A stretch of 64,000 bases of DNA from Candidatus Tenderia sp. (lineage in GTDB: Bacteria > Pseudomonadota > Gammaproteobacteria > Tenderiales > Tenderiaceae): the NCBI GenBank assembly GCA_031416075.1, contig JANOSY010000056.1:1-64000 (forward strand). Direction: 5' to 3'. This document shows, one piece after another, positions 41,646-52,116 of this stretch. The number at the start of each line of letters is the position of its first letter. Within the stretch, counting starts at the first letter, position 1. A model generated the notes under the pieces. It did no database searches, was not told the DNA's origin, and saw only the letters and a program-made list of their open reading frames with translations. Made by a program: the position numbers and the translations under genes.

Positions 41646-44433
41646 CTACTTTTGCTTCTCTTAAATATCTGGCGGGGAATAGCAGCTTTAACTGATCATG
41701 GCTGCGTTGAATCCATGAGTCAAAAACTCCATCGCTGATATGGGCCATATTGGCTTCGAAAAATTCGATGGCTTTCTCTTCAAAGGGGAATGCCTGATCT
41801 TCGAGCAGCAGGTTGTACTGCTCAAGTTCTTCTTCATTTAAGTTGTTAGGCCGCTCTGACTTTATAAGGGCATGGTTAAAGAGCTGGTATATTTCACCAA
41901 TGCTGTGTTTTGCCTGGGTAGAGGTTTCAGCAACGCCATAGCCAGAGGCTTGGCCAAAAAGTCTGACGGCTTTTTGCATCGCTGCTTTCTTTTTGTCGAG
42001 ACTCTCTCCCAGTGGTAGCGTGAGTGATATTGTTTTGTATAAACCAAACTCTTTAATAGCCAGATTGAGCGCAGCGGTTGAGGTGATGAATTTGGTACGG
42101 CTGTTCATGGCATCGCGGGAACCATTTTTGTCCGCATCAAGAATGGCGTGTTGCCATATATCTACGTTAGCCATCTCCTTTTCAGCTGTGTAGAGGGTGA
42201 CAAGCTTCTGCATCGCTTCAAGATGTTGGGCGTAAGGCTTCTGGTAGGTAGTTGCAAATGCTTTGTAGGCAGTAATCGCTTGCGCCGTTTTATTATTTGC
42301 CTCATAAAGCTCAGCTGCTTTCCATTGCGCTGCCATTTTGATAGCAGCATCACCACCGGCCAAGGCAATTTTTTCATACTCCCTGGCGGCGGATATCTCC
42401 TGTCCACTCTTCAAATATACGGAAGATAGTTTGATGTTGATCGCGTTGTTAAGTGAATGGTTTGGAAACTGTGTCTGGAATATTTTTATGTTGCCAATGG
42501 CGATATCCCATAGTTCGTTTGTAATCGCCAGATCGATCGCCTCATTTACGGCATCTGGTGCAATGCCCGCGTCAGGAGCCGCTTTTGATATACGCATTAA
42601 GTGCTCAATTGCACTTTGAGTATTACCATTGCTCTTCTCCGACAACCCCTGTTTGTAGATGGATAGTGCTAGCTGGTTGCCTATCTGGTAGCGGGCTTTA
42701 TAGGTTGAGCTTGATGACTTTAATATGGATGTATACGTGGTTTCAGCATTGCTGAATTGACCACTTTCGAAATAAGAGTGCCCACGTATGGTTTTTATCT
42801 CTTCCATTTGCATTGCATCGGCACTGTTATGCACCAGGTTTGTTAATTCAATGGCATTGGCATACTGTTTTGCTTTAAAGGCAAGTTCAGCGGCATGGGC
42901 AATCACCTTGGGCGTTAACTCATCATTAGGGTAAAGCTGCGCATAAGCACGTGAATATTGTAAGTTTCTGTCCAGGTATGATGATTTTTCCTGATCAGTG
43001 CTGGATGATCGGTGTAGCTGGCTGGTGATAAGGATAGTGCTGTAGGCAGCGCGCTTGTTGAGTATGATGTCATCGTTGTATGCGGCCTTTTCATAGTGAT
43101 AAAGGGCCTCTTTGTCACTCTTGTTTTCGGCCAATAACTCGGCATATAAAAAGTGTACGTTATCTTTGCGGGAATATTGTGAAAAATGGCTAAGGTAGCG
43201 TTTATACCACTGGTCAGCGTTTGAAAAATCCTGCTTCTGATGAGTTGATTGATACCTGCTGTGGTAGTTGGCCATCATCAACAAGGTGTATTCTTTGAGT
43301 GAGTTGGCGATGCTCTTCTGTAATGCAGGATTGCTGTCTTCAGTCCAATACGAGCTATCTGGGTTGTAGGCTGTGTAAAAGAGATCAATCGCATCGTATG
43401 TTTTTTGGGTAAAGCCGCTTAATTTCCAACTTTCGATCAGTTTAACCTGTGATTCAGGCACATAAGGTGATGAAGGGAAGTGCTCAGAAAAATGGGCCAA
43501 TGCTCTGGCTGAATCAGAGTAGCGATTCTGTTTTAAATAGATGTCACTGATGCTGCTGTATATATTGTAAATATAGCTGAACGCTGGCCTCTCTTTGAAA
43601 TAAGCGGTTATCTCGTCCAGGTTTTGCATGTACGCAAACGATAGCCCAATGGCCCTGAAGTACTCATTGAACAGATCTTTCTCTGTAGAGCTCAGGTTGT
43701 CGATGTCTGAGAAGCCGTGGTAAGCAACAGCGTTAATGTAGTCGTCGGCGGCTTCGGCGTAATACTCCAGTTTCAATCTTGACCAACCACGTTTGAAATA
43801 GGATTTCTCAATGAAGCGTTCATTTTTGGGCGTAGAGATCACGTTGGTATAAGCATCATCGGCGGCTATGTACTCACCTTTTGAGAAATAGCCTTCGGCA
43901 ACCCTGAATTGGCTCTCCAAGTAATATTTGGAGCGCGGGTATTTGTTAATGATGGTTGTCAGGGCGGCTAATGATGGTTCTATTTTTCCCTGCTGGTCAT
44001 AAGCATTGGCAAGATTGTATAAAAGCTTGTCATTGCCGCTGGCATTTGGGTATTCCTGTAACGAAGTGGTGATTAACGTAATAGTGGTCTCAAGTCTTGC
44101 ATTGTATGTCTCATCCATGAGTACGGGGCTGTCGCCGGCCAGACTGTTTTTTTCCTGGGCGACACGATTGCCAAGCTCAAATTCTAATTCGGCAAGACGA
44201 TTGATGGCGGTTAATCTGGAAATGTCATTTTTTGAGGCGCTGTGCAGATAGTCTGCGTAGGCTTTTCTGATGGCGTCGTTGGATGTCTGTATTGATGAGT
44301 CACTGTTTTTGCCAATATCGTTATGGACGATGTCAATGTCTGATAGGGTTGCATCTTTGTGTGATGTTGCACAAGCAGCCAGACTGATACAGAGCGGAAT
44401 GATAAGCACTTTATATCTCATACGGTATTTCAC
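41620..44433 (-). CDS. Large multi-TPR lipoprotein (GltD/AgmU-like)
   Basis: Lipobox SLAAC; many TPRs (LYNLANAYD, ESQFRVAE, SYFKRGWS); C-terminal SERP..L...ELEQY..LLEDQAFPFEEKAI. Confidence 0.8.
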   Translation of the reverse strand: MKYRMRYKVLIIPLCISLAACATSHKDATLSDIDIVHNDIGKNSDSSIQTSNDAIRKAYADYLHSASKNDISRLTAINRLAELEFELGNRVAQEKNSLAGDSPVLMDETYNARLETTITLITTSLQEYPNASGNDKLLYNLANAYDQQGKIEPSLAALTTIINKYPRSKYYLESQFRVAEGYFSKGEYIAADDAYTNVISTPKNERFIEKSYFKRGWSRLKLEYYAEAADDYINAVAYHGFSDIDNLSSTEKDLFNEYFRAIGLSFAYMQNLDEITAYFKERPAFSYIYNIYSSISDIYLKQNRYSDSARALAHFSEHFPSSPYVPESQVKLIESWKLSGFTQKTYDAIDLFYTAYNPDSSYWTEDSNPALQKSIANSLKEYTLLMMANYHSRYQSTHQKQDFSNADQWYKRYLSHFSQYSRKDNVHFLYAELLAENKSDKEALYHYEKAAYNDDIILNKRAAYSTILITSQLHRSSSTDQEKSSYLDRNLQYSRAYAQLYPNDELTPKVIAHAAELAFKAKQYANAIELTNLVHNSADAMQMEEIKTIRGHSYFESGQFSNAETTYTSILKSSSSTYKARYQIGNQLALSIYKQGLSEKSNGNTQSAIEHLMRISKAAPDAGIAPDAVNEAIDLAITNELWDIAIGNIKIFQTQFPNHSLNNAINIKLSSVYLKSGQEISAAREYEKIALAGGDAAIKMAAQWKAAELYEANNKTAQAITAYKAFATTYQKPYAQHLEAMQKLVTLYTAEKEMANVDIWQHAILDADKNGSRDAMNSRTKFITSTAALNLAIKEFGLYKTISLTLPLGESLDKKKAAMQKAVRLFGQASGYGVAETSTQAKHSIGEIYQLFNHALIKSERPNNLNEEELEQYNLLLEDQAFPFEEKAIEFFEANMAHISDGVFDSWIQRSHDQLKLLFPARYLREAKVDDYVDLLH

Positions 44434-45827
44434 TCGGTAAGGCTGCTGTCATAGAGTAATGCAAGGCCGTATCTTGATTGAGCTATGTAGCTATTGAGTT
44501 GTGTGGCCCGTTCGGTCAGAAACGCCCTGGCGACGTTGATTAACGCATCATTGTAAGCAGCTTCAAGCGGGTTTAACTGTTGTGTCAATCCAATATCTGT
44601 TTGTATTTTGAGTTCTTTAATGTGCAGATAGTTGTCGATGAGCGATTGTGGAAAACGCTGGAGGGTATCCATTGGGTATTTGTCTATCATCAATATTTGA
44701 TTGTCTGTTATTTGAATCGTATTAAGCAGCATGTTGTTTTTTTCTAGCAATGTTTCGATAGCCTGAATCTCTTGCGTGTAGTGTTCAATTGCGCTGCTGT
44801 AGCTGGCCGATGCGGTGAGGCTTTGATCCAGCTTGCTATAGATATAGGGGATTAATAGATAAGATTCTGCACTTGGCAGATCATGTTCTTGTTTTTCTTT
44901 GAGTATGGTCGCCGCATTCAGGGCTCCCACATAGTTATCCTGGTTGATGGCAGCCAGTGTTATACCGATCAATGCTTGATTGGTGTACTGGCTGGTAATG
45001 TTTACTTTTCTGAAGGCATCTCGTGCATTTCTATAATAACCTTGGCGCATGAGTGAGTAACCGAGAATAACATTAAAACGATTTTCCAGTTCGCTCAGGC
45101 TGCCATTGAGTGGTCGTTTCAGCAGTTCGTTAATGGCGGCGTGAGCATCTGTCCACCAGTCTTGGCGAATGTAAGCAACGGCAAGGTTTAAAGTGATTTG
45201 TGGATGCAGCGTGGATATTGCTGTATTTTTTTCGTAGATCTCAATCGCTTCTCTATGTTTCTTTAACCGTTGAAGTGCAACGCCATGCATTAAATTGGCG
45301 TAATCCGCATCGTTGACGACAAGATCACCAGTAATGCCATCCAGTTGTTCGATGGCTTTTTGCCATTGGTTTCGCCTCATATAGTGTTTTGCCATGATAA
45401 AGCGGGCATTGGAGACGATGGTTTTGTTACTGTCATTCTGAATAGTGGTGAACAACCTGCTGGCAGAGTCCCACTCATTGTATTTTAAAAGCAGTGCCAG
45501 GATGTTGATAACAGCGGGTGAGTCTATATTGCTTTGAATTAGGTTCAGATGTGTGACAATTAAAGTGATGGCATCAATAGTCTGTTTATTCTGTTGATGT
45601 TTCTCTACCGCTTGTATAAGGGGTTGGAAGTTATTATATGGCGTGCTGGTTTGAGTTGATTTTTGTAGGTAAAACTGTTTTGAAAAGTTTTGATAGAGTT
45701 TGTCAAGCTGATCAATGTCGCTGCCGTTTAAGTCCGTTGCTGCTGCCTGACCGATAAGTATGATGCCCAGCAGGATGGCTCCTGTAGTCTTGGCGAATAG
45801 ATGCAGATTTGTTCGGTATTGTGGCAT
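44430..45827 (-). CDS. Exported TPR protein (GltC-like position)
   Basis: Signal-like hydrophobic segment ending AAA; helical repeats (NLAVAYI, LGYSL...Y..A..AF.KV); C-terminal RYGLALLYD. The start is uncertain because the ORF is open to 45941. Confidence 0.7.
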   Translation of the reverse strand: MPQYRTNLHLFAKTTGAILLGIILIGQAAATDLNGSDIDQLDKLYQNFSKQFYLQKSTQTSTPYNNFQPLIQAVEKHQQNKQTIDAITLIVTHLNLIQSNIDSPAVINILALLLKYNEWDSASRLFTTIQNDSNKTIVSNARFIMAKHYMRRNQWQKAIEQLDGITGDLVVNDADYANLMHGVALQRLKKHREAIEIYEKNTAISTLHPQITLNLAVAYIRQDWWTDAHAAINELLKRPLNGSLSELENRFNVILGYSLMRQGYYRNARDAFRKVNITSQYTNQALIGITLAAINQDNYVGALNAATILKEKQEHDLPSAESYLLIPYIYSKLDQSLTASASYSSAIEHYTQEIQAIETLLEKNNMLLNTIQITDNQILMIDKYPMDTLQRFPQSLIDNYLHIKELKIQTDIGLTQQLNPLEAAYNDALINVARAFLTERATQLNSYIAQSRYGLALLYDSSLTE

Positions 45828-45993
45828 GGTTGGGTATGTTAGATGTGCGCGGCAAATGAGGCGAAAATATACCATTTTCGGAGATATTGTGTCTATGCGC
45901 CAGGTTCGGTTTGTCGGCGCAGTGGATGATGTTACATCCACTGCTGGGAATTACAATAGGTTGATGTGATGGGTGTACCGTGAGTTGTGAGTT

Positions 45994-48678
45994 CTATTTT
46001 ATTTCGTAGAGGAACTCTCCCTCTTCAGTTGTAGTTACATGTATGGTTGAGATGGTTTCCTGCAGCGCCATTTTTGATAAACACTCGGTGGCTAATGCTG
46101 GCATTAATGTTCGAGTCAGAATGTTTTCAATATTTCGGGCACCTGTGTCAACCTCCTGGCTGCGTGCAACAATGTGTAGCAGCACATCGTCATGGTAAGT
46201 GAAACGGGCATCGTAATGATTTTTTATCCGTTTTTCTATCCGGGCCATGTTGATTTTGCATATATCCAGTAGATTATCATCGCTGAGTGGGTAGTAAGGG
46301 ATGATGGTCGTCCGTCCTAAAAATGCAGGTTTAAAATAATTTAATAGGTGTGGGCGGAAGTTGTCTAGCAGTGTATCTGGATCGGGCAGCGTTTCGCTTG
46401 CGGCACAGATTGCGCGAATATGCTCTTCGGCGGCATTGGATGTCATGATGATAATGGTATTGCGAAAATCAATGTCGCGTCCTTCGCCATCTTTTATGGT
46501 CCCTTTGTCGAAGAGGTTGTAAAAAATATCCTGCACTCCGGGATGTGCTTTTTCCATCTCATCCAGCAATATTACGCTATAGGGTTTTCGCCGTACGGCC
46601 TCTGTTAATACGCCACCCTCGCCAAAGCCGACATATCCAGGGGGTGAGCCGAGCAACATTGATATCTTATGCTCTTCTTTAAATTCTGACATGTTGATGG
46701 TGGTGATGTTGTGTTCGCCACCATAAAGCAGATCTGATAGCGCCAATGCAGTTTCGGTTTTACCTACGCCGCTGGGTCCCACCATAAAAAAGACACCGAT
46801 AGGTTTGCGGGGGTCGGTGAGGCCGGCGCGGGATGTGCGTATGCTCTGTGCAATAGCATCCAGCGCATGTGTCTGGCCAATGACACGTTTACCAAGAAGT
46901 TCCTTGAGCTTCATAATAGATTGAATTTCATCGGCGACCATCTTTCCAACAGGAATGCCTGTCCAGTTGGCGACAACCTCGGCAATGGACTGGCTATCAA
47001 CATTGATCTGGATCATGGGGGTTTCACCCTGTAGCTCAGCCAGTGCCTGTGTGCATTGGTTTAACTCTTTTTTAATGGTGACGAGTTCACTTTCAGTCAA
47101 GGGTGGTGGTGAACTGTTCTGTTTTTTCTGCTCTTCAGTGAGATGGCTGAGTTTAAAGTCCTCTTCGATGGTTTTCTGAATGGCGTGAATTTGAGCGACC
47201 TGTTGTCGCTCTTTTTTCCATTGTGTGAGTTGTTCTTCGAGCCGTATTTCAAGTCTGGATTGCTCTTCTGTGAGCGCCTGAATTCGTTCATCATGGCCCC
47301 CTGTTGTTGCATTTTCGCGCCCCAGAGAGATGATGTTGGCTTTGCATTGAGCTATGCGTCGTTGACTATCTTCTACAGGCGCAGGTGTTGTGCTTTGGCT
47401 TAAGGCCACACGTGCACAGGCGGTATCCAGCAAACTTACCGATTTGTCAGGTAGCTGGCGTGCCGTAATGTAACGGCTTGATAGGCGCACAGAGGCTACA
47501 ATGGCATCATCCAAAATTCGGACGCCATGGTGAGTTTGCAACATGTCAGAGATGGCGCGCATCATATCTATGGCTTTTTCCTCGCTGGGCTCTTCAATCT
47601 TTACAACCTGAAAGCGCCGTGTCAGTGCCGGATCGCGTTCAAAGTATTTTTTATACTCTGCCCAGGTTGTCGCGGCGATGGTACGCAGTTCACCGCGTGC
47701 CAATGCAGGTTTGAGTAAGTTGGCGGCATCGCCTTGTCCCTCTTTGCCACCAGCACCAATGAGGGTGTGGGCCTCATCTATAAACATGATAATGGGCTGA
47801 GGTGATGCCTTTACTTCGGCAATAACAGATTTGAGGCGATTTTCGAATTCGCCTTTGACGCTGGCACCGGCTTGCAACAGACCAAGATCCAGGCTGCGTA
47901 CACAGACACCTTTTAACTGATCTGGAACATCACCGGAGGCGATGCGCTGGGCAAAGCCTTCAATGACGGCTGTTTTACCGACACCTGCTTCGCCAGTGAG
48001 GATGGGATTGTTTTGGCGACGACGAATTAATATGTCGATGATCTGACGGATCTCTTCGTCGCGTCCTAGTATGGTGTCAGTTTTTCCCTGTTTTGCCTCT
48101 AGTGTCATATTGACAGTGAATTTATCGAGGGCGGGTGTCTGGCTAGGGGTACCCGTTGCGCTAGGTTTTGTATCACCGTCAAGGGCTGCGTGGCTAAGTG
48201 ATTCGCTGGTCGAGCCTACAGTTGCGCGAATAACCTCACGCAGAGATTCGGGGGCGATTTTTTTTAACTCTCCACCGGTGATGGAGGTAGAGCGGCTCAG
48301 GCTCTCATCTAACATTAGTGCCCCTAATATGTGGGCAGAGGTGGTTTGTGTGTGACCATACTCTATGGATGCGAGCATCCATGCTGTTTTTGCCACATCA
48401 ATAATATTGGTCGACAGTGCTGGTGCGCGGGTATTTCCGGTTTTTATATTGTCCAATTCTCGATTTAATTCACGGGTAAAGGTACCTATATTGATATTGA
48501 ATCGATTTAAAATGGTTAACAGATCGGTGTCAGGTGTCTCTATCAATTTGAGAAGCCAATGTTCTATTTCAACATTGTAGTGTGTCCGTGCCATACATAA
48601 ACCGGCTGCCCCCTCCAGGGCGCTGCGGGTGGTGTGGTTCATTTTGGCGACCAAGGATTTTAAGTCAATGGTGATCAT
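45994..48678 (-). CDS. tssH: T6SS ClpV ATPase
   Basis: [48 protein letters not shown] and LLDEMEKAH motifs. Confidence 0.97.
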   Translation of the reverse strand: MITIDLKSLVAKMNHTTRSALEGAAGLCMARTHYNVEIEHWLLKLIETPDTDLLTILNRFNINIGTFTRELNRELDNIKTGNTRAPALSTNIIDVAKTAWMLASIEYGHTQTTSAHILGALMLDESLSRSTSITGGELKKIAPESLREVIRATVGSTSESLSHAALDGDTKPSATGTPSQTPALDKFTVNMTLEAKQGKTDTILGRDEEIRQIIDILIRRRQNNPILTGEAGVGKTAVIEGFAQRIASGDVPDQLKGVCVRSLDLGLLQAGASVKGEFENRLKSVIAEVKASPQPIIMFIDEAHTLIGAGGKEGQGDAANLLKPALARGELRTIAATTWAEYKKYFERDPALTRRFQVVKIEEPSEEKAIDMMRAISDMLQTHHGVRILDDAIVASVRLSSRYITARQLPDKSVSLLDTACARVALSQSTTPAPVEDSQRRIAQCKANIISLGRENATTGGHDERIQALTEEQSRLEIRLEEQLTQWKKERQQVAQIHAIQKTIEEDFKLSHLTEEQKKQNSSPPPLTESELVTIKKELNQCTQALAELQGETPMIQINVDSQSIAEVVANWTGIPVGKMVADEIQSIMKLKELLGKRVIGQTHALDAIAQSIRTSRAGLTDPRKPIGVFFMVGPSGVGKTETALALSDLLYGGEHNITTINMSEFKEEHKISMLLGSPPGYVGFGEGGVLTEAVRRKPYSVILLDEMEKAHPGVQDIFYNLFDKGTIKDGEGRDIDFRNTIIIMTSNAAEEHIRAICAASETLPDPDTLLDNFRPHLLNYFKPAFLGRTTIIPYYPLSDDNLLDICKINMARIEKRIKNHYDARFTYHDDVLLHIVARSQEVDTGARNIENILTRTLMPALATECLSKMALQETISTIHVTTTEEGEFLYEIK

Positions 48679-48736
48679 TCCGGCTCTCTCTTTCTGAATA
48701 TATAGGTACGTTTAAACGTTAATATTTGGAATCGTA

Positions 48737-49831
48737 TTACATTAATCGATCAGCAGAAACTGATATTTCCATGGTAGCATTTTCTGCATATACACGATCT
48801 TTTTTGCTGGCCAGCCAGGTATTCCAGCTTATACACGGTGGGTTGTGGGAGTCCAGTTTGACTTGATATGGGATGTCCGATTTCCTGATCTGTATTTTAA
48901 AATCGTAATCATATTCCATGCCGGCATATAGCCTTACAATCTCATTCATGGCTTTCAGTGCTTGTGTTCCTGGTGCAAACTCTTGTAATTGGTCTTTTTT
49001 AAGGGGGCCAATAACGATGCTGAACTTTCCTTGGGTGAGCCAGCCTTTTTTTCCAATCATGGCGGATTTTCCCAGGTTGTTATTTTGACCGGGAGAGACT
49101 CTTCCATTAGGGAGCCTTGTTCGCACATCATCAATCAGCTCTTGCCATTGGCCGATAAACTCTCTGATGTTGATGGGGACATTGAAATGGTTTTGCAATA
49201 TCTGCTTGAGATTGGCGCTGGTTTTAATCTGTTCTGATAGCAGCCCGCTATAGTAGATAAGGGACTCATCCTCGATATGCAGCCGGTTATTAAGGCGTGT
49301 AGTACCCATCCCTATGAGTGATAGAAAAACTCTTGTGAAATGATCGCTTTTTTTATCAACGCCTGTTTTGCTATGTTCATAGTTCAGGGCAAGACTGTAT
49401 TTTGTACTGGCTTGGTAAAATAGTGAGATGGTTCTGTGGTTAAAGAGATCAAAAAATTCTTTTAATGCCTCATCTTTTATTTTGAGTCGTTGAAGAATTG
49501 TTTCGGTATAGTGGTGTGGTAGCACACCTGAACTGCCCGTTAATCCCATAAAGTTGACATCAACACCCCAGTGTTTTTCTCCAGCGATATTAACGATGTC
49601 GTCGACAGATTCAATCTCTGTGGCAGGAAAGCTGAGTGATTGATTGACTGAGAAGCGTATGGACTCTGCAGTAGGTGGTGTGAAAAGCCCAACAGGTTTG
49701 GATGCAGGGTTTTTATTGAGCGTGGCGGAGCGCTGAATTAGTCTGACAGTTTGTATAAATGTATATTTATACGGAGCGCCAGCTAGGTCCTGAATTATAG
49801 AAATATCTTTTCGCCGGCGCTGGGAGGGCAT
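48737..49831 (-). CDS. tssG: T6SS baseplate subunit TssG
   Basis: F.Q.VRL, SLSFPATEI, NFMGLTGSSGVLPHHYT, FFDLFNHR and EFIGQW motifs. Confidence 0.95.
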   Translation of the reverse strand: MPSQRRRKDISIIQDLAGAPYKYTFIQTVRLIQRSATLNKNPASKPVGLFTPPTAESIRFSVNQSLSFPATEIESVDDIVNIAGEKHWGVDVNFMGLTGSSGVLPHHYTETILQRLKIKDEALKEFFDLFNHRTISLFYQASTKYSLALNYEHSKTGVDKKSDHFTRVFLSLIGMGTTRLNNRLHIEDESLIYYSGLLSEQIKTSANLKQILQNHFNVPINIREFIGQWQELIDDVRTRLPNGRVSPGQNNNLGKSAMIGKKGWLTQGKFSIVIGPLKKDQLQEFAPGTQALKAMNEIVRLYAGMEYDYDFKIQIRKSDIPYQVKLDSHNPPCISWNTWLASKKDRVYAENATMEISVSADRLM

Positions 49832-51624
49832 TTTTTAAGGTATCCTTCTCTGTTTTTTAGTTTGACCAGTACACGGGTAAATGAGTTGATTGAGCAGTAT
49901 AGGGCAAAAAAGTGTTCCAATATTGTGGCAAATAGATAAGCGCTGCTTCCGGTGAGCTGCTGATCATCCAGTAAAACCTCAATTTCGGTTCCCCTGTACA
50001 TGGCCGCACGACCATTGATGGTGAGTGGTGCACTGATGGGGCGGACCTGAATATCGAGTATTGCGTCAATTAAACCACGGGTAATGGATGACTCTTTGAA
50101 GTCATACAGTCGTAATATCTCTTTCAGTGCTTTGGTAGCATTGTCACCACCCACCAGTGATAGATGGTTGAGATTTAAATGTGAGATTAAGCGCCAGCGG
50201 GCATGGTTTCGTAGCGCAGGCCTGACGGTTGCCGATGGCTGTGTCAGGCAGCGGATATTGATGCAGGGTGGTGCGATGTCAAGGCATTGAAGTTTTGGTT
50301 GTGTGGATGAGTAGGGCAGTTTTTCGGGCAGATTGCGGTTGCTGCAGGTAGTGTCTATTACTAGTGTGCGCGCCTCTGGCATGTCAGGGTTAAAATGCAG
50401 ATCCACCAGACTGAGGAAGATATCGGTGGCCTCATCTCTGGTGCCGGCGCTCATGGTTGCAGGGCGTCGTGTGGCGCACCAGAATACTCCGGAGGCCGAG
50501 TCACTCTGTTTATGATTTAGCCCGTAGAGCGGTAGACACTCCTGATTGCCTGACGGTGATGTGGCCGTGACTTTGTCGACGGAGTAGATCTCATAGCTTT
50601 TAGGTCGGCGTGACTCGGGCATTATCTGATGTTCGGAATTGTGGTGGTCTAATTTAATAGGGTCGGCGCGTAGTGGAAAGAGATTGATACCTGGTGTGGC
50701 ACCCAGTACAAACATCTCGCCGCTAAGATTATGTTCAAGTTCTATGTTGGTTGATGATAAATAGATGTAAATTTCTAGCGTGTTTTTGGCGTTGGCGGGT
50801 ATGAATTCGGCCAATCCGTTGAGATCGATGAACATGAATTTTTCTGGAAAAGTGAGAAACTCTGTTAATAGTCGATAACCGACAAACGATGTGGGTGGGT
50901 ATGGGTAGAGTCCATCATTTGTTCCAAAACCAACGGGTTGTATGGCACTGTTATTGATGGTGATTGATTCGCCGGTCTCCGGGATGTGCATGACAAGGGT
51001 TAGGGCATCCCTTAATAACAGTTCGTAGAGCGGATTAATATATTGAGATTGCCCTTTGAGATAAAAACGAATCGTTTCAAGTTTGATATCTGAAAACATC
51101 AGTTCATTAGAGAAGGTGGTGAGCGACAGTTTAAGCACAGATTTTGCGCCATTCACTTGGGCGGATTTAGGTGTTTTAAAGGGGCGTCCGATAAGATGTG
51201 CTGACTCAACCCGGATTGGGAGTAGTTCAGTGGGGTAGATGGTTGAAAATTTACAGCTTTCACCCCCAAAGTGTTCTGTTTCCAAGAGGGTGTTTTCGGC
51301 AATAAAATATTTTGAATCCAGCTGTTCTTCATCAGCGATAAACTGAATGATGGTTGATGATGGTAATGGGCGCTGATAGTGCGGAAAAATCACACTTAGC
51401 ATCGCATCACTCAACTCAGGAAAATCATCATCCAGTTTATGTTGAATCCGGGCGTTGAGGTAGGCAAACCCTTCGATAAGCCGGGAGACGTGTGGATCTT
51501 CAATGGTATCGGTACTAATACCCAGGCGACCGGCGATCTTGGGGTGCTCTTTAGCAAAGCGAGCACCTAACTGCCTGATGTAGGCCAGCTCTTTTTCGTA
51601 ATAAGGGAGCAGTTCGTCAGCCAT
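49795..51624 (-). CDS. tssF: T6SS baseplate subunit TssF
   Basis: YYEKELAYIR, DPHVSRLIEGFAYL, GYRLLTEFLTFPEKF, WRLISHLNLNHLSL and YCSINSFT motifs. Confidence 0.96.
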   Translation of the reverse strand: MADELLPYYEKELAYIRQLGARFAKEHPKIAGRLGISTDTIEDPHVSRLIEGFAYLNARIQHKLDDDFPELSDAMLSVIFPHYQRPLPSSTIIQFIADEEQLDSKYFIAENTLLETEHFGGESCKFSTIYPTELLPIRVESAHLIGRPFKTPKSAQVNGAKSVLKLSLTTFSNELMFSDIKLETIRFYLKGQSQYINPLYELLLRDALTLVMHIPETGESITINNSAIQPVGFGTNDGLYPYPPTSFVGYRLLTEFLTFPEKFMFIDLNGLAEFIPANAKNTLEIYIYLSSTNIELEHNLSGEMFVLGATPGINLFPLRADPIKLDHHNSEHQIMPESRRPKSYEIYSVDKVTATSPSGNQECLPLYGLNHKQSDSASGVFWCATRRPATMSAGTRDEATDIFLSLVDLHFNPDMPEARTLVIDTTCSNRNLPEKLPYSSTQPKLQCLDIAPPCINIRCLTQPSATVRPALRNHARWRLISHLNLNHLSLVGGDNATKALKEILRLYDFKESSITRGLIDAILDIQVRPISAPLTINGRAAMYRGTEIEVLLDDQQLTGSSAYLFATILEHFFALYCSINSFTRVLVKLKNREGYLKKCPPSAGEKIFL

Positions 51625-52114
51625 GACCAAGTTCTGTCACGCTAACACTTCGTGTGACAGACTCCAGAACAGAGTCGAAAACGACGATTTCTGGCGAAGG
51701 GTCGGCATAGAGTACCGCATCAATTCTAAAGCGTAACGCCCGGTCAGTTTTATCTTTATTATCATGGTGTGTCACTTTTACCGATTTGAAGCGCGGTTCG
51801 TATGTTCTAATAACTTTTTCCATGTGACGGATAAACTCTTTTTTCTGATTGGCATCAATAATGTTGATTGTAGCAAGGTCTGGCAGGCCGTAGTTGAGTA
51901 ACGAGTGTTCTAACTGCCCATGTTCTGGTGGTGGGCTGACGATTCGATATCGGGTATTGAGAAGTTGCTCGAGATCGCGGCGCACACTTTGCCGCAGTGT
52001 TTTCAGGTTTTGATACCTGTCGGGTTCTGACTCCAGTTTGTTGTGGGGCGCATCATCCAGCAGTCTGTCAAATATCGACGGGCGGAGTTTTTTTGATCTA
52101 TCAATATGGGCCAT
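51617..52114 (-). CDS. tssE: T6SS baseplate subunit TssE (gp25-like)
   Basis: PSIFDRL, SVRRDLEQLLNTR, SLLNYGLPD and YEPR motifs. Confidence 0.95.
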   Translation of the reverse strand: MAHIDRSKKLRPSIFDRLLDDAPHNKLESEPDRYQNLKTLRQSVRRDLEQLLNTRYRIVSPPPEHGQLEHSLLNYGLPDLATINIIDANQKKEFIRHMEKVIRTYEPRFKSVKVTHHDNKDKTDRALRFRIDAVLYADPSPEIVVFDSVLESVTRSVSVTELGHG

Positions 52115-52116
52115 TT

